Assembly (NCBI GenBank): GCA_963933215.1
Contig: CAWVSB010000014.1
Location: 1,933 to 65,932 of the forward strand
Source of the DNA: an uncultured Cellvibrionales bacterium
Lineage (GTDB): Bacteria > Pseudomonadota > Gammaproteobacteria > Pseudomonadales > CAWVSB01
Length of the DNA stretch: 64,000 bases
Direction: 5' to 3'
The translations under genes were made by a program, and so were the position numbers. Within the stretch, counting starts at the first letter, position 1. The number at the start of each line of letters is the position of its first letter. The notes under the pieces were generated by a model. It was given only the letters and a program-made list of their open reading frames with translations. It was not told where the DNA came from and searched no databases. Below, in pieces: positions 30,061-40,356 of this stretch.

Positions 30061-30620
30061 CGGTCATCCGTGTAAACGTTTCTAGCCAACTTAAGCAACT
30101 TAGAGCTCATCTTGAGCTTAGCCGCCTCAACCTGTAACAGGTTAATATCAAAAACAATACTGCCTCCCTTGCGATTCAGCGATACCATTGCCAATGATGA
30201 CTCGATAGAAAATTCATTAAATGCAGTATTATCAACAATTATCAACGTAGGCTGTTGAGCTATGTTCGGATAACTCTCGGTAAACTTTGAGAATTTTTCA
30301 CCAGTAATAAATATTATTTGGCAACTTTTTACCGTTTCAACGTCTAGCCTATAGTTTACAGCCAAAGTCTGTCCTGCTATCTCTTGGCCTACTATCGAAT
30401 CCGTAGCAAGCCCAAGAAACTTATTTTCAAACAAACACAGTGTCATTTGGTCAGACTCTGCCGTTGCATCAACAGGCCAAATAATGAAACGAGCAAGATT
30501 GAGAGCAAATGCCGCCTTAATTTTATTGGAGCGATCATCTTCACTATACTGCGCGCTAACTGGCAGCGTTACAATTAGCAACAGTAAAGTAAAATTAATA
30601 ATGAAAATACGTCTTAACAT
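30057..30620 (-). CDS. YfiR-family (DUF4154) periplasmic protein
   Basis: IKAAFALNLARFIIWP, conserved Cys pair, FDINL, MSSKLLKLA; start moved to ATG 30620, which overlaps the TBDR stop. Confidence 0.88.
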   Translation of the reverse strand: MLRRIFIINFTLLLLIVTLPVSAQYSEDDRSNKIKAAFALNLARFIIWPVDATAESDQMTLCLFENKFLGLATDSIVGQEIAGQTLAVNYRLDVETVKSCQIIFITGEKFSKFTESYPNIAQQPTLIIVDNTAFNEFSIESSLAMVSLNRKGGSIVFDINLLQVEAAKLKMSSKLLKLARNVYTDDR

Positions 30621-32605
30621 TAGTAAGCAAAGTCCCACTGTAGACCAACCCAAATTTCACGTTCAGCTTTTATCGTATTATATTGCCTGCCGTAATCTGC
30701 AGCAGGATCAAAGATTTCCTCATTAAACAAATTATCTATACCGAAAGCGTAACCTAATGAATTAGTAAGCGATCCAGAGCCAAATACCTTAGCCATAAAA
30801 AATGATTCAGCATTGTCTTCTTTAACATCATTAAGATCGTCACGTTCATCATTATAGACAACTGAAAAGCCGATCAAATGATCGCTATAATAATTATAGT
30901 CGGTATTAAAACTGGCACTTAATGTCGCCAAGTACGGAATTGTGTCAGTTAAATCAGTAGCCGCTTCTAAATATGCAGCCGTTAAGCGAAAGTTTAACTT
31001 ATCTGTCGGCTGGAAATTAACTACCGACTCAATTCCATTCAAATCAACAACAGTATTAACATTATTAAAAAATTCATCAACACCGTCAGGCGTCGGGAAC
31101 TCTATAATATAGCCATCTATTTCGTTGTGATAAGCCGACAGTGAAATATTAGTGTTTTCCCATTGGTATAAATAACTTATTTCTACTGACTTAATTTTTT
31201 CAGGCTCAGGCACTGGCGTTATAAAACTCAGTGATTCTGAGACTTTTAAATATTCTCTAAAACTTGGGGTGCGGATAGCTGTGCCATATAGTAGCTTAAA
31301 GGTTTGATGCACAGACGGGGTATAGACCAGTGCTCCACGATAATTTATGTGCTCACCAAATCTTTCAAAGTCGTCGTAGCGGGCACCAAAAGTTAACTGT
31401 AAAGCGTCATTGACCGTCCATACATCTTGCAGGAATAACGCCCGATCAGTATTATCTATATCAGGAATAGATAATAAATTACCAGTTTGAACTGTCGGTG
31501 AGAAACCCCTAGAAAAAGAAAACAACCTAGTGTATTCAAAGTTTTCGGCTGACTCTTTTGTAATAGCGCCCCCTAGTGCCACCACATGATCGCCAAACTG
31601 CTTTAAATAATTAATATTAAAACCGCTCATAGTAGCGTCTTGGTTTTCTTGATAACCTAAAGACTGTGTAGCTTGCTCTAACTCATATTCGCGCCCGTTG
31701 TCTGAGGTATAATAAACATCAGTTTCAAATCTACCATGCTCAGTATCGCCAAAATCATAAGACATAGCCAGGTTAAGCATTTGCTGTTCTACAAAGGCAT
31801 CTTGAGTTGAAGGAATAAAAACAAATGGCGTTTCACTTTCGTAAAAATCAGCGAACACTGTCAAACCGTTAAACGGCGAAGCTTTAATAAAGACATTACT
31901 ATAGTGTTCAGCAAGCGGCTGTAAGGCGTCTTGGCCTATAAAGCTTTTTCTATCTTTATCGAACGGCGCATCTTGCCCAACATGGCTGGCAAATATTTGA
32001 AAGTTATCACTGTTATATAAACCTGTTGCCTTAGCTCGGTCATTATTACCAACTTCAAGGCTAGCTTCAAATTCATTTCCTTCAGAAAAATTTCGAGTAG
32101 TAATGGAGATAATACCAGCGAAAGCATTGGCACCATATAAACTCGAAGCAGGTCCCATTATCACTTCTACTTTTTCGATCTTTTCTAACGGGAAATTATC
32201 CCCTAAAGAAAAATGGCCATAATACAAATGACGTAAGCGGACACCATCAACCATCAGCACCATTTTATCGTTATAACGATCCAACATGCCTCTAGCCCAA
32301 ACAGACTGATGGCGCTTACGATATTGATTAAGTTGCATACCAGGTATAAATTGTAGTAACTCGTCCACTCGACGTGCGCCGTAGCGAGAAAAATCATCGC
32401 GACTAAAAGAATATACCGTACCCGGTGCTTTTGAAATTTGAGTCGGTATTAGTGATGCTGCCTCGAATGTATCTAAAGCCATCAGCTCTTTTAACGACAT
32501 GTCAGCGAAGCCCGTCTCAGCCGCAATTACTATATTGGGATAACTACCGATCAATATTAGTAGCAGACTACACTGTAAAAACTTTTCATTGAGTGAGCTA
32601 AACAA
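30620..32605 (-). CDS. TonB-dependent receptor of the YfiR-associated type
   Basis: MSLKELMAL, VLMVDG, IEKVEVIMGPASSLYGANAFAGIISITT plug motif, beta-barrel C-terminus. Confidence 0.9.
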   Translation of the reverse strand: MFSSLNEKFLQCSLLLILIGSYPNIVIAAETGFADMSLKELMALDTFEAASLIPTQISKAPGTVYSFSRDDFSRYGARRVDELLQFIPGMQLNQYRKRHQSVWARGMLDRYNDKMVLMVDGVRLRHLYYGHFSLGDNFPLEKIEKVEVIMGPASSLYGANAFAGIISITTRNFSEGNEFEASLEVGNNDRAKATGLYNSDNFQIFASHVGQDAPFDKDRKSFIGQDALQPLAEHYSNVFIKASPFNGLTVFADFYESETPFVFIPSTQDAFVEQQMLNLAMSYDFGDTEHGRFETDVYYTSDNGREYELEQATQSLGYQENQDATMSGFNINYLKQFGDHVVALGGAITKESAENFEYTRLFSFSRGFSPTVQTGNLLSIPDIDNTDRALFLQDVWTVNDALQLTFGARYDDFERFGEHINYRGALVYTPSVHQTFKLLYGTAIRTPSFREYLKVSESLSFITPVPEPEKIKSVEISYLYQWENTNISLSAYHNEIDGYIIEFPTPDGVDEFFNNVNTVVDLNGIESVVNFQPTDKLNFRLTAAYLEAATDLTDTIPYLATLSASFNTDYNYYSDHLIGFSVVYNDERDDLNDVKEDNAESFFMAKVFGSGSLTNSLGYAFGIDNLFNEEIFDPAADYGRQYNTIKAEREIWVGLQWDFAY

Positions 32606-32684
32606 AATAAACCCTATATTAAATTATTATTATAAAAGCAGATCAGACTCGTCTACTTATTATTTTAGAACAAAACGGTAATTG

Positions 32685-33593
32685 CTATTTTTTATCTCTA
32701 ACCAATTCTGCCACTAACATACCGCCAATAATGAATATGGCACCTATCCAAGCGTACAGCCCCAGCACTTCCCCCAGTAATAAAAAACCGCCAAGTGCTG
32801 CAAATAGTGGCTCTGTTGCATAGATTAAAGCCACTCGCCAAGCTGCTAACGTTTGCTGACCTATTGTTTGGGCTACAAACGCCAGACATGTGCCCAGCAC
32901 ACTGCCTATTATAACCGCTAACCATATCGTCATCGCTTGCTCTGAAAGACCATTACCAAACAGACTATTTGGCACACTTAACAATGATTCCGGCTCAAAT
33001 ATAGCACTCGCTAACACGCTAAATACAGTAATAGTAATCAACTGCACCTGCGTCAACGCCAGCGGGTTAACCTGCTTTGCGTAAACTCCGGTGTAGACAA
33101 TATGCGCAGCAAAAGCAAAGGCACAGCACAACACCCATGCTTCACCCACACCAAAGCCATAAACACCACCAGTGAGTAACAATGTCCCAAACAAGGCCAT
33201 GGCAACCCCAACCCACACATACCAACCCTGCGGCTGCTTTAGCCACAACCAACCAATAACAGGCACTAACAACACATTAAGCCCAGTGATAAAACCAGCG
33301 TTGCTCACTGTTGTATATTGCATCCCCACAGTCTGAGTAGAAAATCCAAATGACAATATAACACCCAACACAATGCCATGGTGGATGGTGGTTTTGTTCA
33401 TACAACCCATAAAAGAAAACTTAGTAACAATAAAATAAAACTGTAAAACAACTATCGAAACGCCAAACCGAACGGCATTAAAGGTGTTAGGGCCCATAAA
33501 GTCTAACGCATTGTGAATAAGGGAAAACTCTATACCCCAGACAAAACTAACAAAGAGTAAAACCCAACCCCAAAAGTGCTTTCCTACTTGCAT
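32685..33593 (-). CDS. DMT/EamA-family transporter
   Basis: About 10 hydrophobic helices; WG, SNAGFITG, EPLFAA motifs; start moved to MQVGKH. Confidence 0.9.
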   Translation of the reverse strand: MQVGKHFWGWVLLFVSFVWGIEFSLIHNALDFMGPNTFNAVRFGVSIVVLQFYFIVTKFSFMGCMNKTTIHHGIVLGVILSFGFSTQTVGMQYTTVSNAGFITGLNVLLVPVIGWLWLKQPQGWYVWVGVAMALFGTLLLTGGVYGFGVGEAWVLCCAFAFAAHIVYTGVYAKQVNPLALTQVQLITITVFSVLASAIFEPESLLSVPNSLFGNGLSEQAMTIWLAVIIGSVLGTCLAFVAQTIGQQTLAAWRVALIYATEPLFAALGGFLLLGEVLGLYAWIGAIFIIGGMLVAELVRDKK

Positions 33594-33721
33594 AAAACCG
33601 CCAACTAAACCTGCGCAAAACTGCAACCGCATTCTAGCACTTGTTTAACCGCTTGGTTACACGCTTATTGCGAAAAATAATAGGCTATGTTGTGATAATG
33701 GAATCTAACTGAGGTCAACAA

Positions 33722-34420
33722 ATGAGCGAAACGATTACCATCAACCAACGATTTAACGGATCACCGACAGCAGGCAACGACGGCTATAGTTGCGGCCTAC
33801 TGGCAGCACGATTGACCGGCCCCGCTAAAGTACGCTTATATGCCCCGGCACCACTTAATAAGCCCTTAGCTTTAACGGTGGCCGATTCGCTGGTTCAAAT
33901 GCATGATGGCGATACCTTAATTGGCCAGGCTGAAGCTTTTGAATTTGAGCTAAACTTACCAATGACTCCAACACTTGCTTGCGCCCGAGACGCTAGCGCC
34001 AGATACCCATGTAAAGATAAACATATCTATCAAACTTGTTTTGTCTGCGGCACACATCGCTACGAAGATGATGCTTTATGCCTTTACCCAGGGCCAGTAA
34101 CTGATTGGAGTTTGCTCGCTTGCGTATGGCAGCCAAATGCTAGCTTATTAAATAGCAGCGGTGATATATGTGCTGAATATATATGGGCTGCACTTGACTG
34201 CCCAGGGTATTTTGCCGCGGTCGGAGAAAACCTGCGAATAGCATTATTAGGCGAGCTTAACGGCAAGATATTAGCTTCTATCTCTGGTGATCAAGAGCTA
34301 GTGGTGTTTAGTTGGCCACTTGGTAGAGATGGCAGAAGTTTATATAGTGGAGTGGCAATAGCCAATGCGCAAGGGGAAGTACTGGCCTATTCGCACACCA
34401 CTTGGATAAAACGAAGGTAA
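33722..34420 (+). CDS. Conserved protein, probable double hotdog fold
   Basis: RFNG..GN.GY, CFVCG, WAALDCPG, GR..YSG motifs; GAGG RBS. Confidence 0.7.
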   Translation: MSETITINQRFNGSPTAGNDGYSCGLLAARLTGPAKVRLYAPAPLNKPLALTVADSLVQMHDGDTLIGQAEAFEFELNLPMTPTLACARDASARYPCKDKHIYQTCFVCGTHRYEDDALCLYPGPVTDWSLLACVWQPNASLLNSSGDICAEYIWAALDCPGYFAAVGENLRIALLGELNGKILASISGDQELVVFSWPLGRDGRSLYSGVAIANAQGEVLAYSHTTWIKRR

Positions 34421-34435
34421 TTTAGCTGCTCCTAA

Positions 34436-34678
34436 TTAGGCGTAGCGTTCAAACATTCTTATCGCGATGAAAACCGCCATAACACCTATGCCTATGTATG
34501 TTTTATAACTACGCCTAGACTTTATTTGATTGAGTTTTTTTTTCTTAGCTTCTTTTTTCAAACCACGTAATTCTAATTCAACATCCAAATAGCTTTTACT
34601 TTTTAATGGCAAGTCAGCCGACGACAATTCTATAACTTGTTCGTCGGTATAACTTGCATATTTTTTAGATCTCTCCAT
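34436..34678 (-). CDS. Small hypothetical protein with a C-terminal membrane anchor
   Basis: 80-aa ORF, ELELRGL segment, basic stretch, one TM helix; fills the gap between genes. Confidence 0.55.
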   Translation of the reverse strand: MERSKKYASYTDEQVIELSSADLPLKSKSYLDVELELRGLKKEAKKKKLNQIKSRRSYKTYIGIGVMAVFIAIRMFERYA

Positions 34679-34743
34679 TGCTAAGCAGCTAACTCTGTTA
34701 AATTATTTGAAGTAATTATACATCTTGGTAGAAAATTTACACC

Positions 34744-35916
34744 TTATTCTATTTCGAAACTAATACCGGCATTTTGCTGTAAGCGCGCAATCAGTTTTTC
34801 ACCCATTGCTGGAGCTGGTGTCGTTATACCACCCTCACCTTCATTTGGATTCAATAGTAAGCAAACTGCACTTTCTGCAATCATTTTACTAGTAGAACCA
34901 TAACCAGGATCTTTATCGCCCTTAACGCCAGCAATTAACGACTCACCAGACTCATTAGAGCCGACAAACATAACGTCATAAGAACCGTTCTCACGCTCGT
35001 CTTTGGTAGGACCTTCGCCGGGCTGAGTTTTATCAGTCATCATTGAGGTATCTGAAGCTACCATTTTGGCAATCGTCTCGCCTTCCTCACCGGCGCCGGT
35101 TAGCATCATTTCGTCATATACAAAATCTTGCCCATATTGATGACCTAACAACAAATTTGAACGGTGGATATTTTTAGTATTAATCGTTGCCATAACAAAC
35201 GGCGCCGCCCAACTACCAATACCCTCGTCATACTCTACATCCATTCCGGTAGGCTGATCAGCGCCAGTAAAACCCTCGGCTAAGGCAAAAGGATTAACCA
35301 ATACACTAAACAATGAAGGATCTTTTTGTACCGCTGCCATGGTTTCTTTAAAGCTAGCTAGCGTGCCGCCAGAGAACGTACCATTCATTGCCCGGACACG
35401 GCCCTTAACGCGGGCAAACGGCTTGCCAAATTTTTCTTGCGCAGCTTGCTGTAAAAAGTAAACACCCAAATCAAATGGCACAGAGTCAAAACCACAAGAG
35501 AATACAATACGTGCGCCGCTAGCTTTAGCCGCTGCACTATGCAAAGGAATCATTTCATGCATCCAGTTTGGCTCACCACATAAATCCACATAATCAGTAC
35601 CAGCCTTAGCACATGCTGCCACTAAATCACTACCATACAACTGGTAAGGACCAACCGTAGTAATAATTACTTTGGTGTTATTAACCATCGCTTCAATAGA
35701 GGCATGATCATCTGCATCTGCCACCACCAAAGGTATGTCTTTGCCAATACCCATTTCGTCGCGCACAGCTTCAAGCTTAGCCATACTCCGGCCGGCCATT
35801 GCCCAGTTAACTTCACCACCAACACCGTATTGTAGATTTAAATATTCGGCCACTAGGCGCCCGGTATAGCCAGTCGCACCGTAAACGACAATTCCATATT
35901 CTCTCTCGTTGTTCAT
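34744..35916 (-). CDS. Saccharopine dehydrogenase-like oxidoreductase (trans-acting enoyl reductase family)
   Basis: VYGATGYTG, TVGPYQLYG, DYVDLCGE, CGFDSVPFD, SGGT, DPGYGST. Confidence 0.9.
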   Translation of the reverse strand: MNNEREYGIVVYGATGYTGRLVAEYLNLQYGVGGEVNWAMAGRSMAKLEAVRDEMGIGKDIPLVVADADDHASIEAMVNNTKVIITTVGPYQLYGSDLVAACAKAGTDYVDLCGEPNWMHEMIPLHSAAAKASGARIVFSCGFDSVPFDLGVYFLQQAAQEKFGKPFARVKGRVRAMNGTFSGGTLASFKETMAAVQKDPSLFSVLVNPFALAEGFTGADQPTGMDVEYDEGIGSWAAPFVMATINTKNIHRSNLLLGHQYGQDFVYDEMMLTGAGEEGETIAKMVASDTSMMTDKTQPGEGPTKDERENGSYDVMFVGSNESGESLIAGVKGDKDPGYGSTSKMIAESAVCLLLNPNEGEGGITTPAPAMGEKLIARLQQNAGISFEIE

Positions 35917-36114
35917 AATAAAATACTCATGTAAATAGGTGGAAGTTATGCTGCACAGCAGCTTACATAGATAGGCATGTTACTGCATACGCCTTGTGGT
36001 GCCAGAGCTAATCACTATAAACACCATTTATTATGCTGATCAATCGCCATCACTTTATCTAATAATAAAAAAGGCCACCATAATAGGCAGCCTTAGGCTA
36101 TCGAGGCCGAAAAC

Positions 36115-37263
36115 TTACATTTCCATCCAGCGCACACCACTGTCGTCGTTGGCGGCTAAATATTCGCCTAGCTTAACTAACTGGGTAGTTCCGTTACCAA
36201 ACATAAATTCCATATATTTAGCCCACAAAAAGAAACGATGTATAGGATATTCTCTGGTGGCTCCCATGCCTCCGTGTAAATGCTGGCAGGTGTGCGCCAC
36301 TCTGTGGCCTGCTTCACAAACCCAATATTTTGCCGCCCTTACTTCTGGCTCAGCCTCTAAGCCTTCACTTATGCGCCATGCTGCCGCCCAAAATGTAGAT
36401 CGTAACGCTTCAATGTCCATAAACGCGTCGGCGGCACGCATAGCCACTGCCTGAAAACTACCAATAGGTGCGCCAAACTGTTTACGTTCACCGGTATAAG
36501 CCGCTGTGCGCCTTAACGCCTCATTTAGTACGCCAACCTGAATAGCCGCTTGGGCGATATTTACGCACTGCTCTAAATACTCAAGTATCTCCTCGCCTTG
36601 ACCAACCCCGCCCAACACCTCGCTGACTGCGGCATTGTCTAAAACAAGCTCAGACTGAATCCAACCAAGGTCTAATTCCTGTGCAGTAGTACTAACGCCA
36701 GCACTGGCAGTATCGACGATAAACACACTAGTCGAATTATCTGCATCAACTGCTGGCACCAAAATATAGGCAGCATCACAACCATAAGCTACTGCCTGCC
36801 TAACACCATTTAACTGCCAACCATCGCCTTGTTTAGTTGCTATTACTGTAGCAGTGGAATTTCTCACCATACCTAGTTCTGCTACTGCTGCGGTTAATCT
36901 GTGAGCGCCAGTTGCTAGCGGACCAAGTAGTTTTTGTTGCTGTTCATCACTACCAAATTTAGCTATCGGCATGGCACCCATAACTAAACTGCTTAACAAA
37001 GGTACCGGCGCTAATCTTCGCCCTTGCTCTTCCAGCACTGTACATAATTCAATAAAACCAAGCCCTGACCCACCACATGCTTCTGGGATAGATAGGCCTA
37101 ACAAGCCCTGTTCAGCAAGTAAATCCCACAACTTGATATCAAAAGTTTTGTAAGTGACTTTTCGATCTCGGTCCATTAGATACTGATCAGTCACCTGATC
37201 GGTAAAAATCTGTGCTGCCAAATCTTTGATAACGATTTGATCTTCAGTTAAATTAAAATCCAT
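36115..37263 (-). CDS. Acyl-CoA dehydrogenase, likely one subunit of a heterotetrameric steroid ACAD (FadE27/FadE28-like)
   Basis: RKQFGAPIGSFQAV, QHLHGGMG; degenerate N-terminal FAD motif (AAVAE); GAGG RBS before ATG 37263. Confidence 0.82.
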   Translation of the reverse strand: MDFNLTEDQIVIKDLAAQIFTDQVTDQYLMDRDRKVTYKTFDIKLWDLLAEQGLLGLSIPEACGGSGLGFIELCTVLEEQGRRLAPVPLLSSLVMGAMPIAKFGSDEQQQKLLGPLATGAHRLTAAVAELGMVRNSTATVIATKQGDGWQLNGVRQAVAYGCDAAYILVPAVDADNSTSVFIVDTASAGVSTTAQELDLGWIQSELVLDNAAVSEVLGGVGQGEEILEYLEQCVNIAQAAIQVGVLNEALRRTAAYTGERKQFGAPIGSFQAVAMRAADAFMDIEALRSTFWAAAWRISEGLEAEPEVRAAKYWVCEAGHRVAHTCQHLHGGMGATREYPIHRFFLWAKYMEFMFGNGTTQLVKLGEYLAANDDSGVRWMEM

Positions 37264-37277
37264 ACTATTTGCCTCAG

Positions 37278-38009
37278 TCAAAACTTTTTTACAAATTTAT
37301 CTAAGTCGGCGATATAACGTAATTTTTCTGCTGGTGGATTTTGCAAAAACAATCCTCGATAAAAAATCACCGTTAGCAATTCCGTCATTTCATCTACTGT
37401 TACTTTATTTTCGATTAACGCAGGTTCGCTATTAATATAGTAGTCGCGCAAAATCGTCTCACCGGTGCCACCCAGTGCATACACCATCATTAAAAATTGA
37501 TGTTTACTAAAAGTGGCTTGTGGATATAATCTTGGCATTGCATCCACTAACCAGCCCAGCTGCTTAACAAAATTATTACGCAAGAGCTGCGCAAACTCTC
37601 TATCTTCATCGGCCAGCTGTAACATACAGCGCATAATGCCAGGGCGCTCTGCGTAGCTAACAACCACTAAGCGATTATGCGCAAAAATGCGCCCATACCA
37701 GTCACCTTTGGAAACGCTCTTTTCAATACTTTCAACATTAAGTGATTTCGCAACAAAGTCTTCCATCACTTCATGGGTAAGACTTTTTAAATCTGTAAAA
37801 TAATGATGGAACAAACCCGCTGCCACGCCCGCTTGTTTAGTCACATCACCTATGCGCATTTTGTGATAACCCACTTCACTCATCACTGCTAGGGCAGCTT
37901 TCTTTAGCTTCGCTTTCGCCTTTTCACCTTTAGTGCTCAGCACAACAGCCGCTTTAGCGCTACTTTCGTGACGCTTATCAAGGGCTATGCTACTGGTTGA
38001 TTGGGCCAT
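37278..38009 (-). CDS. TetR/AcrR-family transcriptional regulator
   Basis: GYHKMRIGDVTKQAGVAAGLFHHYF helix-turn-helix; start uncertain (38009 or 38030). Confidence 0.9.
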   Translation of the reverse strand: MAQSTSSIALDKRHESSAKAAVVLSTKGEKAKAKLKKAALAVMSEVGYHKMRIGDVTKQAGVAAGLFHHYFTDLKSLTHEVMEDFVAKSLNVESIEKSVSKGDWYGRIFAHNRLVVVSYAERPGIMRCMLQLADEDREFAQLLRNNFVKQLGWLVDAMPRLYPQATFSKHQFLMMVYALGGTGETILRDYYINSEPALIENKVTVDEMTELLTVIFYRGLFLQNPPAEKLRYIADLDKFVKKF

Positions 38010-38067
38010 TTCACTCGCTGCTTTATTCAACTAAATTAGTCAATAAACATAACGTCATCGAAAATAG

Positions 38068-38089
38068 TTGAAATTGAATTCAAATTCAA
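38068..38089. promoter_or_regulatory. 22-bp near-perfect palindrome; candidate TetR operator in the divergent promoter region
   Basis: TTGAAATTGAA|TTCAAATTCAA with 1 mismatch, between tetR and the ACAD operon. Confidence 0.65.
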
Positions 38090-38175
38090 TACTATATCAC
38101 TTTAATTACCGATACAACTGCGAGTGATAGCTACCAAGCAGCACTCTTAGACCGTAATACTACTCAGGCGATCAG

Positions 38176-39339
38176 ATGAATATTGATATTGGCGACAACC
38201 AAAGAGAGCTTCGCACCAAGCTACGTAATTACTTTGCAAACCTTATAAGTCCAGAGCTTTATGAACAATTGCGGGGCGCTGAAGCTGGCGCTACTTATAA
38301 ACGAGTCATCAAACAAATGGGTACTGATGGTTGGTTAGCAATCGGCTGGCCCAAAGAATATGGCGGCCAAGGCCTAAGCGATGCCGACCAATTAGCGTTC
38401 TTTGAGGAAGCATTACTGGGCGGCGCGCCAATACCATTTGTAACACTAAACACCGTTGGCCCTGCTCTAATGAGCTATGGCAGCGAAGAACAAAAAGCAG
38501 AATTCCTACCGAAAATTGCCTCTGGTGATATCCATTTTTCCATCGGTTATTCAGAGCCCGAGGCCGGTACTGACTTGGCCGTATTAAACACAATGGCCGT
38601 TGAAGACGGTGATTACTATGTGATCAATGGCAGCAAAATGTGGACCAGCGCCGCCGAAGGCGCTGATTATATTTGGCTTGCCACCCGCACCGAAGCAGAT
38701 ACCCGCCACAAAGGCATCACTATGTTTATTGTTGACGCCAAAGACCCTGGCTTTAGCTATGCACATATAAAGACGGTCGGTAATGTTGGCACCAACATGA
38801 CCTACTACGAAAATGTCCGAGTTCACAAATCAATGATGGTTGGCGGCCTTAATAAAGGCTGGGGCTTAATTATGTCGCAGTTAAACCACGAGCGCGTTGG
38901 TTTGGCGGCTTGGGGTATTCATGGCTGGAAGCTATATAAGCGAACCCTGGATTGGGCACGGCAAAATCATAACGGCAGTCGCCCTATTGATGAGCCGTCA
39001 GTGCAACGAAATTTGGCAGAGGCATATACCCGCTTAGAAGCGATGCGACTACTGAATGCCCGGATGGCATGGGAATTAGAGCAAGATCGGCTCGACCCTG
39101 GCCTTGCCGGCGGCGTTAAAGTATTTAGCACCGAAGGTTTAGTAGAAATTGTGCGCTTACTAATGGAAGTATGCGGCCCCGACAGTTTGGTAAAAGCCGG
39201 TAGCTCGGCAGCAATATTAATGGGCGACTTAGAACAAGAGTATCGTCGCAGCCAGATTAATACTTTTGGCGGCGGCGTTAATGAAATACAGCGCGGCTTG
39301 GTCGCAACATTTGGTTTAGGCATGCCCCGCCATCGTTAA
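38176..39339 (+). CDS. Acyl-CoA dehydrogenase, FadE26/FadE29 (ChsE)-like subunit
   Basis: IGWPKEYGG, IGYSEPEAGTDLA, GSKMWTS, QLNHER, TFGGGVNEIQR. Confidence 0.88.
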   Translation: MNIDIGDNQRELRTKLRNYFANLISPELYEQLRGAEAGATYKRVIKQMGTDGWLAIGWPKEYGGQGLSDADQLAFFEEALLGGAPIPFVTLNTVGPALMSYGSEEQKAEFLPKIASGDIHFSIGYSEPEAGTDLAVLNTMAVEDGDYYVINGSKMWTSAAEGADYIWLATRTEADTRHKGITMFIVDAKDPGFSYAHIKTVGNVGTNMTYYENVRVHKSMMVGGLNKGWGLIMSQLNHERVGLAAWGIHGWKLYKRTLDWARQNHNGSRPIDEPSVQRNLAEAYTRLEAMRLLNARMAWELEQDRLDPGLAGGVKVFSTEGLVEIVRLLMEVCGPDSLVKAGSSAAILMGDLEQEYRRSQINTFGGGVNEIQRGLVATFGLGMPRHR

Positions 39340-39363
39340 TAGAAAATATCCACAGGAATAACT

Positions 39364-40329
39364 ATGAATCAAGCAGAAACAAAAGCCTTTGAAGCTGAGA
39401 CCGCCAGCTATGTAGGTCGCAGCGCTGCCCCACCGAGTGCCGGCAAAGATAAAGTTAACCAGGCCATGATTCGCCAATGGGCCGAAGTGATGGGCGATGA
39501 AACTGGTTTATACAGCGATGAGTCGATTGGTACAGCCTGCGGCAAAGGCGGCATTATCTCGCCGCCGGCAATGTTACAAGTATGGGTAATGGAGGGTTTT
39601 CCAATGGCTAACAACCCCGTAATTGATACCCAGCGCGAGTTACATCAATTTTTTGATGATCACGGTTTTACCGGTGTCCTTGGTACCAATAGCCGCCAAG
39701 AAAACTTCCGCGATATAACAGCCGGCGAGACCGTTAAAGAAAGCACCGTCATCTCAAGTATTTCAGCGCAAAAAGCCACCGCTAGAGGCATTGGTTACTT
39801 TATTGAAACAACCACAACCTATGATGATGAAAATGATAAACCCATCGGTAAGCAAGTCTTTCGCGTACTAAAATTCATTCCTAATAAAGATAACGATGCA
39901 ACCACAAGCAGCAGTGAAGACCACGCGCCGAAAGCGGCAACGCGTATTCCCTCACCACGCGGGCCGGACAATAAATGGTGGTGGGAAGCAGTTGATAATG
40001 GCGAGGTATTAATTCAACGCTGTAAAAGCTGTCAAACTCTGCGCCACCCGCCCAGACCAATGTGTGGCCAGTGCCAATCTATCGAATGGGACTCTATCGA
40101 GTCTAGTTTAGAAGGCGAAGTTTATAGCTTCATCGAAATGTATTACCCGAAATTCCCAGGCTACCCTACGCCGCTGTTGTGCGCGGTCATAGACCTATCA
40201 GAAGGCACTCGCTTGGTTGCCAACATAGCAGGCTGCAGCGCAGAAGAAGTAAGTATTGGGATGAAAGTAGTCGGCAAAGTAGAACAAGTTGATGCAGCAA
40301 CAATGCTGCCTCAATTCTATCTCGCTTAA
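39364..40329 (+). CDS. ChsH2-like MaoC dehydratase fused to a DUF35 (Zn-ribbon/OB-fold) domain
   Basis: VNQAMIRQW, PPAMLQVWVM, IQRCKSCQ..HPPRPMCGQC, LSEGTRLVANI. Confidence 0.85.
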   Translation: MNQAETKAFEAETASYVGRSAAPPSAGKDKVNQAMIRQWAEVMGDETGLYSDESIGTACGKGGIISPPAMLQVWVMEGFPMANNPVIDTQRELHQFFDDHGFTGVLGTNSRQENFRDITAGETVKESTVISSISAQKATARGIGYFIETTTTYDDENDKPIGKQVFRVLKFIPNKDNDATTSSSEDHAPKAATRIPSPRGPDNKWWWEAVDNGEVLIQRCKSCQTLRHPPRPMCGQCQSIEWDSIESSLEGEVYSFIEMYYPKFPGYPTPLLCAVIDLSEGTRLVANIAGCSAEEVSIGMKVVGKVEQVDAATMLPQFYLA

Positions 40330-40356
40330 TCAACTTATTCTGACTGGTAATAAACA

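Noticed and set aside
35996-36454. 152-aa plus-strand ORF, and the many other 60-150-aa ORFs nested in or antisense to called genes
   Set aside because: They overlap well-supported CDSs, lack recognisable motifs, and read like antisense-frame translations.
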